This document shows positions 7,886 through 16,887 of a stretch of DNA of 64,000 bases, in pieces. The notes beneath the pieces were generated by a model. The model was not told the DNA's origin. It did no database searches and worked only from the letters and a program-made list of their open reading frames with translations. The translations under genes and the position numbers were made by a program. Position 1 is the stretch's first letter. Every line of letters starts with the position of its first letter. Origin of the DNA: a virus; IMG/VR virus record IMGVR_UViG_3300038393_002515; one strand, 5' to 3'.

Positions 7886-8089
7886 ATGCCCATGCGTGAC
7901 TTCCTGGGCTTCCTGCCCATACTCCCGTCCGCGCTGACGCCCGCCGTCTGGCTGTGGCTGCACCACCACTACGCCGACACGCCCCAGGGCCGCGCCCTGT
8001 GCAGCAACCTGACCGTCCTGTACCTGGTCCTCACCGTCATCCTGGCCCTCGTCGGCCGCGCCTGGTCGGCCCCGAGGAGCGAGCGGTGA
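7886..8089 (+). CDS. small membrane protein (67 aa, 2 predicted TM)
   Basis: ATG follows GAGGAGAA. Hydrophobic segments are FLGFLPILPSALTPAVWLWL and LTVLYLVLTVILALVG. Confidence 0.6.
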   Translation: MPMRDFLGFLPILPSALTPAVWLWLHHHYADTPQGRALCSNLTVLYLVLTVILALVGRAWSAPRSER

Positions 8090-8424
8090 GCGACGACGGC
8101 CGCAGAGAGTGGGTCGAAGCCAACCGCGCCCGCTTCGCCGAACTCCTCATCCCCCGCGCGTTCCTGGCCGCCAGCGCCGTCGCGGACGAGCCCGACGCCC
8201 CCGAGGAGCTGAACGCCCGGCTCGGCGTCGCCTCCGGGTGCCGCCCGGCCGCCGGGGACTGCGTGCGCATCGACTGGCCCGTCGACCTTCTGACGCCACT
8301 CGCCGACTACGCCGAGGACTGCGCCCGTGCCTGGAGCACCGGCCGCACCTGGCGCACCGCGCACATCGCCGCCGGTGCCCTCGCCACCCACACCCGCCAC
8401 ATGATCGCCAGGGAGTCCCAGTGA
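8086..8424 (+). CDS. hypothetical protein (112 aa)
   Basis: GTG overlaps the upstream stop (GTGA). Coding-like composition. Confidence 0.55.
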   Translation: MSDDGRREWVEANRARFAELLIPRAFLAASAVADEPDAPEELNARLGVASGCRPAAGDCVRIDWPVDLLTPLADYAEDCARAWSTGRTWRTAHIAAGALATHTRHMIARESQ

Positions 8425-8744
8425 TGCAGCCCATCACCATGGAGGAGGCCGCCGACCTCGGCGTGCCGGAGTGCTTCTCCGCCGAGTTCGCCTTCCACGA
8501 GCGCAACGGGACGCTGCCGCCGTACGCGGGGCCGGTCGAACGGGACTGGGGCAGCGACGCCTACGACCTCTACCCCGAGCCGCCGGTGTACGAACCGCAT
8601 CCCGACGAGGCCCCGGAGCGCAAGCCGTGCCAGGGCCCGGCGCGCACCTTCGAGTTCCTCGGGATGCCGGAGCGCTGGCGCGCTCACGAAGGGGGCTGCT
8701 GGGACCTGCACGTCCCCAGCGAGTCCTGCCCGCCGCCGTTCTGA
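8424..8744 (+). CDS. hypothetical protein (106 aa)
   Basis: ATG overlaps the upstream TGA. Only the 3' part of track ORF 8109-8744 looks coding. Confidence 0.55.
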   Translation: MQPITMEEAADLGVPECFSAEFAFHERNGTLPPYAGPVERDWGSDAYDLYPEPPVYEPHPDEAPERKPCQGPARTFEFLGMPERWRAHEGGCWDLHVPSESCPPPF

Positions 8745-8753
8745 GAGGACGCC

Positions 8754-9217
<464 letters not shown>

Positions 9218-9335
9218 CGCCCGGTCCGCCCCGCCTGTACCACGGGGCCTCGGGATTCACCATCCGGGGCGGACACCATGCGCGCCGCCGCTACGGTGCG
9301 CAGCAGCAACACCCGTATCCCAAGGGGGGATTCAC

Positions 9336-9818
9336 ATGAAGGCCACCAAGCTGAACCGGTACTTCTTCCCGGTCATCACGCTCGCCGCCACGGTGCTGCT
9401 CACCGCGTGCGAGGCGGGCACCGGCAGCGACGGCTCCAGCCCGGCGCCGACGAAGACGGTCACCATGTCCCCGTCGCCGACGTCGGCCGACGACGCCCTC
9501 AAGAAGATCCAGGAGCACAACAAGAAGGGCCAGGACGACCTGAAGAAGGCGATCGAGGAGGCCTCGAAGTCGGCCGCCGCCGCCGCTCCCGAGACCGGCA
9601 CGCTGCCGGACTTCGTCGGCATGGACCTGCAGGACGCCCAGGACTCCGCGCAGGCCGCCGGGTTCTACAACCTGCGCGACAAGGACGCCTCCGGCCAGGG
9701 CCGGTTCCAGATCCTCGACCACGACTGGAAGGTCTGCTCCCAGGAGCCCGCCCCCGGCAGCCACGGCCTGGAGATCACCGTGACCATGTACGCGGTCAAG
9801 AAGTACGAGTCCTGCTGA
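9336..9818 (+). CDS. secreted lipoprotein (160 aa)
   Basis: Signal peptide with lipobox LLTAC (Cys25). The N-terminus MKATKLNRYFFP is paralogous to the next gene. Confidence 0.75.
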   Translation: MKATKLNRYFFPVITLAATVLLTACEAGTGSDGSSPAPTKTVTMSPSPTSADDALKKIQEHNKKGQDDLKKAIEEASKSAAAAAPETGTLPDFVGMDLQDAQDSAQAAGFYNLRDKDASGQGRFQILDHDWKVCSQEPAPGSHGLEITVTMYAVKKYESC

Positions 9819-9856
9819 ACCGCCACCAACCACCACATCCCTAGGGGGGATCGACC

Positions 9857-10219
9857 GTGAAGGTCACCAAGCTCAACCGCTACCTCCTTCCGCCCGCCGC
9901 TGTCGCGGCCGCCGCGCTGCTCCTCAGCGCCTGCAGCGGCATGGAGGCCAAGCCGGACCGGATCGCCGCCGACGTGATGTGCCACGACTTCGTCAAGGAC
10001 AAGCTCAAGAGCCCCGGCACCGCGAAGTTCGCCGGGGTCACCGAGTACAAGTACAAGACCCTGCACGCCACCAAGCCGTACAAGTTCCGCATCACCTCCT
10101 GGGTCGACAGCCAGAACAGCTTCGGCGGCGTCGTGCGCAACCCCTACGTGTGCACCGTGTCCACCAAGGACGGCAAGAACTGGCACCTGGACGACCTGCA
10201 GTTCACCCACCCGAACTGA
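9857..10219 (+). CDS. secreted lipoprotein (120 aa), paralogous leader
   Basis: Begins MKVTKLNRYLLP with lipobox LLSAC (Cys26). The upstream CCCTAGGGGGGAT mirrors CCCAAGGGGGGAT of the previous gene. Confidence 0.75.
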   Translation: MKVTKLNRYLLPPAAVAAAALLLSACSGMEAKPDRIAADVMCHDFVKDKLKSPGTAKFAGVTEYKYKTLHATKPYKFRITSWVDSQNSFGGVVRNPYVCTVSTKDGKNWHLDDLQFTHPN

Positions 10220-10234
10220 CCAAGGAGACCTCTC

Positions 10235-10585
10235 ATGGGACTGAACTCCCGCAAGGCCCAGATCGTCATGGGCGCGCTGCCCATCGTGACCCTGAGCCTG
10301 TTCATCTTCTTCCCGTTCGTGTGGCGGGCGCTGAAGACCAGGAGGGCCAGCGACATCCGTCTGGCCGTCCTGTTCAGCGCGGCCGAGCTGGCGGGCCTGG
10401 TGGGCCTCTCGCTCTCGCCGACGACTCACAAGGACGGCCCGGACAACCTGATCGCCATGCTGATGTGGGTCGTGATCCTCGCCGCGACCGTCACGGCCGC
10501 CTACCTGTACCGTCCGCTCAGCAAGGACGAGCGGATGGACCAGGCCGCCCGTGACGCCCGGCCCGGCTCCTCCTACCTGAACTGA
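10235..10585 (+). CDS. membrane protein (116 aa, ~3 TM)
   Basis: Hydrophobic segments are IVMGALPIVTLSLFIFFPFVW, LAVLFSAAELAGLVGLSL and LIAMLMWVVILAATVTAAYL. Confidence 0.65.
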   Translation: MGLNSRKAQIVMGALPIVTLSLFIFFPFVWRALKTRRASDIRLAVLFSAAELAGLVGLSLSPTTHKDGPDNLIAMLMWVVILAATVTAAYLYRPLSKDERMDQAARDARPGSSYLN

Positions 10586-10595
10586 CCCGCCCCGG

Positions 10596-10625
10596 CGGCC
10601 GCGCCCGACACAATGGGCGCGGCCG
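10596..10625 (+). terminator. Hairpin CGGCCGCGCCC / GGGCGCGGCCG followed by TCCTCTTCC
   Basis: 11-bp perfect stem with an 8-nt loop, directly after the stop at 10585. Confidence 0.55.
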
Positions 10626-10650
10626 TCCTCTTCCCGCCTAGGAGAACCTC

Positions 10651-11268
10651 ATGCACAACCTGCTCAACATGTCCGTCATGGAGCGCCGGGGTGACTACTC
10701 GGAGCAGTTCGCGCTGACGGAGGAGGCCCCACGAGTCCTGGACCCCAAGGGGGGCGGGAAGTCCTTCCAGCCGGACATGATCAAGATCGTGTTCTTCTGC
10801 TGGGACGACACCGGGTGGAAGGTCAGCTTCGTCTTCCTGAGCGGCAAGCTGATCCTGACCGACGGCACGGTCGGCAAGAAGCGGCAGCAGCTCGACTACA
10901 ACGACCCGCTCGACCCGGATCACGTCGAGGAGGACCGGGCGCCGGAGTGGGTGCGCGAGATCGCCTCCGAGCGGCTGGCGCTCCTGCGCGGCGAGAGTGC
11001 ACCCGCCGCCGAGCGCGCCACCATGAGCGGGCCCGAGGCGTACTCGAAGGCGCTGGAGTGCTTCGCCGAGTCTGACAAGGTGACGCGGACGTACGAGGAG
11101 GAGGCGCCCGAGGCCGACCGGCTCATCCGGTTGGGCGCCGGGTACGCCGCCCTCGCCTCGGCCGCCGCGCAGGCCCTGGGTGCCACGGGGAAGCTCACGC
11201 CGGAGCAGTGCGAGGAGTGGCAGCACGTGGCCGGGGCGATCGGTGACCGGGAGACGGTCCATGACTGA
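10651..11268 (+). CDS. hypothetical protein (205 aa)
   Basis: ATG lies 7 nt after TAGGAGAA. Coding-like composition. Confidence 0.65.
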   Translation: MHNLLNMSVMERRGDYSEQFALTEEAPRVLDPKGGGKSFQPDMIKIVFFCWDDTGWKVSFVFLSGKLILTDGTVGKKRQQLDYNDPLDPDHVEEDRAPEWVREIASERLALLRGESAPAAERATMSGPEAYSKALECFAESDKVTRTYEEEAPEADRLIRLGAGYAALASAAAQALGATGKLTPEQCEEWQHVAGAIGDRETVHD

Positions 11269-11833
11269 CAAGCCCACCTGCGGAGCCATGGGCTTCCTGC
11301 GGGCGCAGGAGGTCTGGTGCACCCGGCGGCCGCACAAGCACCGCGACCACCAGAACGAGGCTGGCGACAGCTGGCCCAGCTACGAAGGGGAGAACGACGA
11401 GATGCTGGTCATCACCACCGACGACCTGCGCAGGCTGCTGGACGGGCCCAGCGAGAGGCCGGTGCTCTACGTGGCTCGTGACAGCACCACCGGCGAGCCG
11501 GTTCAGCTGGCCGTCTGGGACGACGCCTACGTCTCCGACGCCGACATCATCGTCCGTCAGCACGAGCTGGTCGACGCCCTCGGCGGCCCGAACCACCCCG
11601 ACGGCGTGACCCAGGACGCCCTGGAGCACCTGCTGGAGGGCTACCAGGCCACCGTCGACGAGATCGAGGAGGCCAGCGAGGTCCCCGACGACGCCTGTGT
11701 CGACGCCGACGACAACGTCCACCCCGAGCACGACTACCCGCCGGAGGGTCAGGGCAGCGAGTGCCGCCGGTGCGGCGCCGAGGCCGACGATTCCATGGAG
11801 CCGGACGGCGTCTACGACGGAGAAATCCGCTGA
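11261..11833 (+). CDS. hypothetical acidic protein (190 aa)
   Basis: ATG 11261 overlaps the upstream end. The sequence before it in track ORF 11180-11833 does not look coding. Confidence 0.6.
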   Translation: MTDKPTCGAMGFLRAQEVWCTRRPHKHRDHQNEAGDSWPSYEGENDEMLVITTDDLRRLLDGPSERPVLYVARDSTTGEPVQLAVWDDAYVSDADIIVRQHELVDALGGPNHPDGVTQDALEHLLEGYQATVDEIEEASEVPDDACVDADDNVHPEHDYPPEGQGSECRRCGAEADDSMEPDGVYDGEIR

Positions 11834-11847
11834 TCGGATAGCACAAG

Positions 11848-11880
11848 GCCCGCCCCTTCGCTGGGGCGGGCTTTCGCGCT
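11848..11880 (+). terminator. Rho-independent-type terminator: GCCCGCCCC-TTCGCT-GGGGCGGGC followed by TTTCGCGCTTT
   Basis: 9-bp perfect GC stem with a 6-nt loop and a T-rich tail. Confidence 0.7.
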
Positions 11881-11892
11881 TTCCGGGATCCG

Positions 11893-11932
11893 TAGACATG
11901 CATCTATGGATACGTTAGGGTGAGATTCACCG
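11893..11932 (+). promoter_or_regulatory. P3: -35 TAGACA (11893-11898), 17-nt spacer, -10 TAGGGT (11916-11921)
   Basis: Same architecture and sequence family as P2 (CGTAGACAyGCATCTATG...CGTTAGGGTG). Confidence 0.6.
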
Positions 11933-11952
11933 CCCAGGAGAAGGAGAGGCAC

Positions 11953-12381
11953 ATGCCCGCCGACGCACTGACCATGGACACTCCCCACTGGAGCCGAGAC
12001 GACGTCACCACGGTCCTCGTCGAAAAGCTCGGCTTCACGCCCGACCCCAACGCCCCCGGCGTCAACTTCCTCCGGGGCAAGAACCTCCGGCTGAGCATCG
12101 TGGACGGCTACGGCAAGGTCCAGCTGGCGCACGACAACCCGCTGTGGGCCGCGACCTTCACCTCGTCCGTGCCCGCGAGCATCATCCTCAAGGCGGTCCG
12201 CCAGGCCGCCACCGAGGACGACTACGTCTACTGCCGACACTGCGCCCTGCGGATCGCGAAGGTCCCGCAAGACAGGGTGAAGAGTGGGTCGAGCGAGGTC
12301 CACTGGTGGCACCCCGACACCGGCAAGGGTGCCTGCTCCGTCGGCGGCACCGTGGCCGAGCCCGCACCCGCAGAGGACTGA
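11953..12381 (+). CDS. hypothetical protein (142 aa) with a C-terminal CxxC...WWH...C motif
   Basis: ATG follows GGAGAAGGAGAGG. YCRHCALRIAKVPQDRVKSGSSEVHWWHPDTGKGAC parallels the C-terminus of the 5347-6225 product. Confidence 0.65.
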   Translation: MPADALTMDTPHWSRDDVTTVLVEKLGFTPDPNAPGVNFLRGKNLRLSIVDGYGKVQLAHDNPLWAATFTSSVPASIILKAVRQAATEDDYVYCRHCALRIAKVPQDRVKSGSSEVHWWHPDTGKGACSVGGTVAEPAPAED

Positions 12382-12406
12382 GTGACCAACTGGAGGCGAA
12401 GCGCTG

Positions 12407-12712
12407 ATGTTCATGGTGCCCATTCCCGAGGACTGGGATCCCGCCGAGCACGGCTGGCGCCCCGCCGACAGGAGGGTTGATCTGTCGGGCACCACGGAGT
12501 GGTTGCACCGATGGGCGCCGCCGGTACGGTTCCCCGCCTCGCTGACCATCTTCCGCAACCCGTTCACGGGCCAGCGGGTCGCCTGGTACGGACCGCTGGC
12601 CACCGAAGACGCGGAACAGATACGCCAGGGCGCGCTGCTTGCCGAGATCGGCATCACCTCGGCCGATTGGGGTCCGGAGGACCGCCAGCCGGAGATGGGC
12701 CGACAAAGATAG
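12407..12712 (+). CDS. hypothetical protein (101 aa)
   Basis: Trp-rich, coding-like composition. Last gene before the terminator cluster. Confidence 0.55.
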   Translation: MFMVPIPEDWDPAEHGWRPADRRVDLSGTTEWLHRWAPPVRFPASLTIFRNPFTGQRVAWYGPLATEDAEQIRQGALLAEIGITSADWGPEDRQPEMGRQR

Positions 12713-12725
12713 TAACGAGTAAGCA

Positions 12726-12742
12726 AAAAACCGCATTTCCGT
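12726..12742 (+). repeat. 17-nt AAAAACCGCATTTCCGT, copy 1 of 2
   Basis: Exact second copy at 35642-35658. Both are followed by a TTTCCGTTGA...TGAAG(C/G)GG hairpin-like segment. Confidence 0.7.
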
Positions 12743-12775
12743 TGATCCGCTGAAGCGGACTTCGGCAAGATAAGT

Positions 12776-12814
12776 GACGGCCGCCACCACTGACCGCCAT
12801 CAGCGGCGGCCGTC
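12776..12814 (+). terminator. Hairpin GACGGCCGCC / GGCGGCCGTC (10-bp perfect, 19-nt loop) followed by CCCGTTT
   Basis: Read directly. Closes the P3 cassette. Confidence 0.55.
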
Positions 12815-12850
12815 CCCGTTTACCTCTTGACCCGCCACAGGAGGCCCCCA

Positions 12851-13129
12851 ATGTCACAGATGACCGCCACCGTCGGACCGTTGGTCCGCCTCGGCGGAAC
12901 GATCCGCCTGACCGCCCGGCGCAGCGACGGCTGCACCATCGAGATGGAGCTGACCCGGGGCAGGGAGCGCGGGCATGTCACCCACGCCGTGACCAGCGAG
13001 GACGGCCGCCTGGTGTCCGTGGCGGCTCGGTCGTGGCCGCTGACCGGCGCCGAGCCGAAGCTGGCCGCCGACGTCCGTGACGCCATCCAGATCGCCGAGA
13101 AAGGCCTCGCCGAGGCCTGCGCGCGCTAG
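12851..13129 (+). CDS. hypothetical protein (92 aa)
   Basis: ATG 12851 lies 6 nt after AGGAGG. The track ORF starts at TTG 12827. Confidence 0.55.
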   Translation: MSQMTATVGPLVRLGGTIRLTARRSDGCTIEMELTRGRERGHVTHAVTSEDGRLVSVAARSWPLTGAEPKLAADVRDAIQIAEKGLAEACAR

Positions 13130-13185
13130 CCTCGAACTGCCCGCCAGGCACCCCTTCCGTTCCGACTCACCGCCAGGAGTCCCCC

Positions 13186-13557
13186 ATGGCCGCCAAGTCA
13201 TCGACCCGCAGGCTGACCGCCGCCGAGCGTCAGGCCCTGCTCCACGCCGACCCGGCCACCGGTCGGATCAACGCATCCGGCTTCAACTTCCGCGAGGAGT
13301 TGCGCCGCAAGGGCTACGCCGAGTCCTCGCATGGAACCCTGTATCTGACCGAGTACGGCTGGCGGCTGCACGCCCGGCTGAAGGAGGAGCACCGGGAGTT
13401 CGCCGTCGAGGGTGTGCCCTGGGTGAAGATCCAGGAGATCACCGACCTGTACCTGTTGACCGGGCTCGGCATCGGCGAGATCTCACGGCGCACCCGTGTG
13501 ACCGGAGAAGGGGTCAGGGCCGCGCTCGCCTTTCGCAAGGTCCTTCCCGCCGCCTGA
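13186..13557 (+). CDS. putative DNA-binding protein (123 aa) with a C-terminal HTH
   Basis: The segment ITDLYLLTGLGIGEISRRTRVTGEGVRAAL has an HTH pattern. Confidence 0.5.
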   Translation: MAAKSSTRRLTAAERQALLHADPATGRINASGFNFREELRRKGYAESSHGTLYLTEYGWRLHARLKEEHREFAVEGVPWVKIQEITDLYLLTGLGIGEISRRTRVTGEGVRAALAFRKVLPAA

Positions 13558-13578
13558 AAGGTGCCCTCGCCACCCCTC

Positions 13579-13611
13579 GCATCCATAGATGCGTTAGGGT
13601 GAGAGTTGTTG
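13579..13611 (+). promoter_or_regulatory. P4: conserved element GCATCCATAGATGCGTTAGGGTGAGAGTTGTTG, -10-like TAGGGT at 13595-13600
   Basis: Contains the near-palindrome GCATCCATAGATGC. The -35 position (ACCCCT) is poor. Confidence 0.5.
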
Positions 13612-13636
13612 TCTGAAGCCGCCCTGGGAGCCCGCC

Positions 13637-14227
13637 ATGAGGATGTCCGACCTGAAGCCGCTGGAGCTGTACGCCACCAAGGCCCCCTCCCGCGCTGTGA
13701 GCCGCCGCTCCACCGGTCCGGTGCTGCTGCTGTCCACCCGCCTGTGGGATCTCGTTCCCGGGCCTCAGGGAAGTTCCATCGCTCCTGCGCCCGAGGACGC
13801 CCCGAGGTCGGAGGTCCTGAGCAGTATGGGAGCCCGTCGTGGGCTGCTCGTCGTTCAGGCGGCCCCTCTCGGTCTCTACACCGGCGCCCTCGACGAGCAG
13901 GAGATCGCCTCCCAGTTGTCCGCCATCCCCAAGAAGGGTGCCCGGAAGCTGTCCCGTCTCGTGCGCCGGGACGCTCTCGACCGCGCCCTGGAAGAGTTCC
14001 GCCAGAGCCTGCCCGAGACGCTCATGATCAACGTGGTGCTCCTGCAGTCCGTCGTGGAGCCCTTGAGCAAGCCCGAGAAGTACCCGTGCCCCGCCTGCCC
14101 GAACGACGTCAGCCTCGACGCCGTCGGCCGTATCCGGGCCCACGAGGCAGCAGACGGCACGCGATGCCCCGCCACCCGCACGTACATGCCCAGCAAGGAG
14201 CGCAAGACCAACCTCCTCGCGCCCTGA
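13637..14227 (+). CDS. hypothetical protein (196 aa) with a CPxCP...RAH...CP motif
   Basis: YPCPACPNDVSLDAVGRIRAHEAADGTRCPATR parallels the 6229-6660 product. Confidence 0.65.
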   Translation: MRMSDLKPLELYATKAPSRAVSRRSTGPVLLLSTRLWDLVPGPQGSSIAPAPEDAPRSEVLSSMGARRGLLVVQAAPLGLYTGALDEQEIASQLSAIPKKGARKLSRLVRRDALDRALEEFRQSLPETLMINVVLLQSVVEPLSKPEKYPCPACPNDVSLDAVGRIRAHEAADGTRCPATRTYMPSKERKTNLLAP

Positions 14228-14243
14228 CACCACCAGGAGAGCC

Positions 14244-14552
14244 ATGCTCAGAACCGCCCTTGACCGGATCACCGCCTCGTCGGTCACCATCGCCCTCAAG
14301 CGGGCCGGGCTGACCAAGGCCGAGAAGAACCCGGTCGCCCACAACGGCCAGCGCGCCACCATGACGTTCGGCTTCCGCACCATGCAGTACGCACCCACTG
14401 AGGTCCACGTGGTGCATTACGAGAACGACGTCGTCAAGCAGGCCCACGAACTGGGCCGCTGCGAGCAGGCCCTGATCCTCGCGGGCTACGCCGTCGAGAT
14501 GGCCGCCCCGCGCGACCGGCGCATGTACCTGAAGGTGACCCGATCCTCATGA
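14244..14552 (+). CDS. hypothetical protein (102 aa)
   Basis: ATG follows CAGGAGAG. Coding-like composition. Confidence 0.6.
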   Translation: MLRTALDRITASSVTIALKRAGLTKAEKNPVAHNGQRATMTFGFRTMQYAPTEVHVVHYENDVVKQAHELGRCEQALILAGYAVEMAAPRDRRMYLKVTRSS

Positions 14553-14890
14553 CCGAGAAGCCCTACGCCCTGGTCCTGGCCTCGGAGCACAAGCAGGGCC
14601 TGCACGAGGACACCCCGCACAAGATGTGCAGGCAGTGCCACCCCGCAGAAGCCGAGCTTCTGGACGGACTGGAGGAGCGCCTGCCGAACGTTCACATCGA
14701 GGTGGACGCCCACGCCGTCAACGTCCGCTGGACCGACAAGGAACCCGACGGGGAGCACGTCTTCGCCACCCTGGAAGAGGCCAAGGCCCGTGCGATACGC
14801 ACGGCCATCACTGAACGGAACGCCTGGATGCAGTGCGTCCGCGACGCCCAGGCGCTGACCATGGACGACATCGCACCGTCCTGGGACTGA
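14549..14890 (+). CDS. hypothetical protein (113 aa)
   Basis: ATGA overlap with the upstream stop. Confidence 0.6.
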   Translation: MTEKPYALVLASEHKQGLHEDTPHKMCRQCHPAEAELLDGLEERLPNVHIEVDAHAVNVRWTDKEPDGEHVFATLEEAKARAIRTAITERNAWMQCVRDAQALTMDDIAPSWD

Positions 14891-14976
14891 CCGGCCGGGC
14901 AGCCCGCCAGCTGTCCGGTCCCGTCACTTCTTTACAACTCCATCAGCAGTTCCTCGACCCGCCACGAAGGAACACC

Positions 14977-15429
14977 ATGACCGCCATCATGAACGGGCGG
15001 CGCGCTCTCGCAGGCGCCGACGCCTACCTGCGTCTGAACCACCGCACCCGTCACGCCGAGGTCGTCCACGGCTCCCAGGTCAACTTCGTCCTCACCCAGA
15101 TCCACCCGGACCGCGACGTGAAGCCGCAGAGGGGTGGAGGGTTCGTCGTCACCGCCGACGACTGGACCGTCATCCAGTACATCCCGCTCCACTACAGCCA
15201 GGACCTGCGCAAGCTGGCCGACCAGTACGAGCACCGGGCGGCGCCCGACGGCGGCAAGCCGCTCACGCAGAACGAGCCCATGAGCAGCAAGGGTCTGCAG
15301 ATGCTCATCCGGCGCGCGCCGGGCCGGTTCTACCTGACCCGGGTCGGCGAGATTGTCCACCTGGACGGCGGCCGGATTCGCAACCAGTTCAGGCCGTTGA
15401 CGGCCGCCGACATGGCCCCGGCCGCCTGA
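14977..15429 (+). CDS. hypothetical protein (150 aa)
   Basis: ATG 14977 follows GAAGGAAC. The upstream part of track ORF 14833-15429 does not look coding. Confidence 0.6.
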   Translation: MTAIMNGRRALAGADAYLRLNHRTRHAEVVHGSQVNFVLTQIHPDRDVKPQRGGGFVVTADDWTVIQYIPLHYSQDLRKLADQYEHRAAPDGGKPLTQNEPMSSKGLQMLIRRAPGRFYLTRVGEIVHLDGGRIRNQFRPLTAADMAPAA

Positions 15430-15433
15430 GAGG

Positions 15434-15847
15434 ATGACCGGCATGACGAAGGGTGTGCCTCCCCATGAGGAGACGACAGGGAAGCTGACGGCGACGTACT
15501 TCGTGTACGTGTCTGTCGACGAAGAAGAGCAGATCCCGGAGGCCGCAAGGGGGCTGGAGGCACCACTGCGGCGCGCCGTCGAAGAGTCGTACCCCGGCCA
15601 GGGCGGGTGTGCGACGGTGCAGAAGGTGACCAGCATGACGCCTCCCCCGAAGTCTGGGTACACGGGGTGGACGGTCATGGTGACGGTGCTCATCGACCTG
15701 ACAGTGTGGCGTCGGGACCTGAGTCTGGTGGACGGCAGGTACGCGGCCATGACGGTGCGCGATCTCCTCGCCGACGCCGACCTGACGGCCAGCGTCGCCC
15801 GGCTCGACAAGGTGGAGACCAAGATGCTCGCGCACGCTCCGGCGTAG
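15434..15847 (+). CDS. hypothetical protein (137 aa; alternative start ATG 15443)
   Basis: Coding-like composition. The GAGAGG SD fits ATG 15443 better. Confidence 0.55.
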   Translation: MTGMTKGVPPHEETTGKLTATYFVYVSVDEEEQIPEAARGLEAPLRRAVEESYPGQGGCATVQKVTSMTPPPKSGYTGWTVMVTVLIDLTVWRRDLSLVDGRYAAMTVRDLLADADLTASVARLDKVETKMLAHAPA

Positions 15848-15858
15848 TGTGAGATCGC

Positions 15859-15893
15859 GGAGCCCCGTCACCTTCCTGGAGTGGCGGGGCTTC
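15859..15893 (+). terminator. Hairpin GCCCCGTCAC / GTGGCGGGGC (10 bp with one G-U pair)
   Basis: Directly after the stop at 15847. Confidence 0.5.
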
Positions 15894-15941
15894 CGTCATG
15901 TCCCGCTCTGGCCTGCGAAAGTCACTGAGTGTCAGTTTTCT

Positions 15942-15978
15942 GCATATGCCTGGCCAAGGTGTTATGTGCGTGTAGAGT
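15942..15978 (+). promoter_or_regulatory. P5 (weak variant): palindrome GCATATGC plus TGTGCGTGTAGAGTG, with -10-like TAGAGT at 15973-15978
   Basis: Partial similarity to P2 (TGTGTGCGTTAGGGTG). The -35 is poor. Confidence 0.35.
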
Positions 15979-16048
15979 GAAGGCCACGCGGACCCGCCAG
16001 TCTGCAAGATCAAGTTTCTTCAATCTCCATCCCGCCAGGAGATCCTTC

Positions 16049-16321
16049 ATGCCTGCATCCACGTGCGCCATGCCCTCGAAGCCGCGCATCTCCGCCGAGA
16101 ACCTCAAGAAGCACGAGGTCGGCGACTACACGTTCACCCCGGAACTCGCGCGCGAGTGGCTCGGGCTGAGCCAGGCGGAACTGGACGAACTGGTGGAACG
16201 GTCGCAGCTGAACGCCTCGCGTGGACTGTTCGGCCCGCTGGTCCTGGTCAACGGGGGACAGAGCTTCACGATGGCCTCCGTGTTCTTCTGCCGCCGCCTG
16301 CTGGCAGCAACCCCTCACTGA
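16049..16321 (+). CDS. small putative HTH protein (90 aa)
   Basis: ATG follows CAGGAGA. FTPELAREWLGLSQAELDELV is HTH-like. Confidence 0.5.
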   Translation: MPASTCAMPSKPRISAENLKKHEVGDYTFTPELAREWLGLSQAELDELVERSQLNASRGLFGPLVLVNGGQSFTMASVFFCRRLLAATPH

Positions 16322-16347
16322 ACCTTCAGAAAGTAGGGCAACCCGCC

Positions 16348-16887
16348 ATGCCCCACCCTCACCTGTTCGCGGTCCGCGACAACCTGGGTCTCGCCGACAA
16401 GCAGGTCCACCGCATGGTCGCCATGGCCGCGATCGACGACATCACCACCCGGTCCCGGCCCCAGTGGCAGTGGACCCATCGCGACATGGCCCAGATGATG
16501 GGCGTGCCGCAGCCGTTCGTGTCCCTGGTCGGCAGTTACCTCGACTACCGGCGCAACCAGCGGAAAATCGGCACCGAGGTCGGCATTCGCCCCTTCAGGT
16601 CCACCTGCGCCCAGACGTTCCTCTACGAGGAGAAGGACCACCCGCTGGACATCCTGAACCTGGGCACCAGCGGGGACCAGACGGAGCAGATGGCTCAGCT
16701 GCTGATGGAGGCCACCTGCCGCAAGATCCGCGTCGAGCCGGACACCATGCACAAAATCGAGCGGATGCTGGGCCGCTTCTGCGGGATGTCCTGGGAAGTC
16801 ATCATCAACGCGGTCCAGCGCCAGCAGGCCGCCCGCAACAACGTCACCACCCTCACCACCACCGCCATGGGGGTCAAGGCAGCATGA
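16348..16887 (+). CDS. putative DNA-binding protein (179 aa)
   Basis: WTHRDMAQMMGVPQPFVSLV is HTH-like. Only the 3' part of track ORF 16063-16887 looks coding. Confidence 0.55.
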   Translation: MPHPHLFAVRDNLGLADKQVHRMVAMAAIDDITTRSRPQWQWTHRDMAQMMGVPQPFVSLVGSYLDYRRNQRKIGTEVGIRPFRSTCAQTFLYEEKDHPLDILNLGTSGDQTEQMAQLLMEATCRKIRVEPDTMHKIERMLGRFCGMSWEVIINAVQRQQAARNNVTTLTTTAMGVKAA

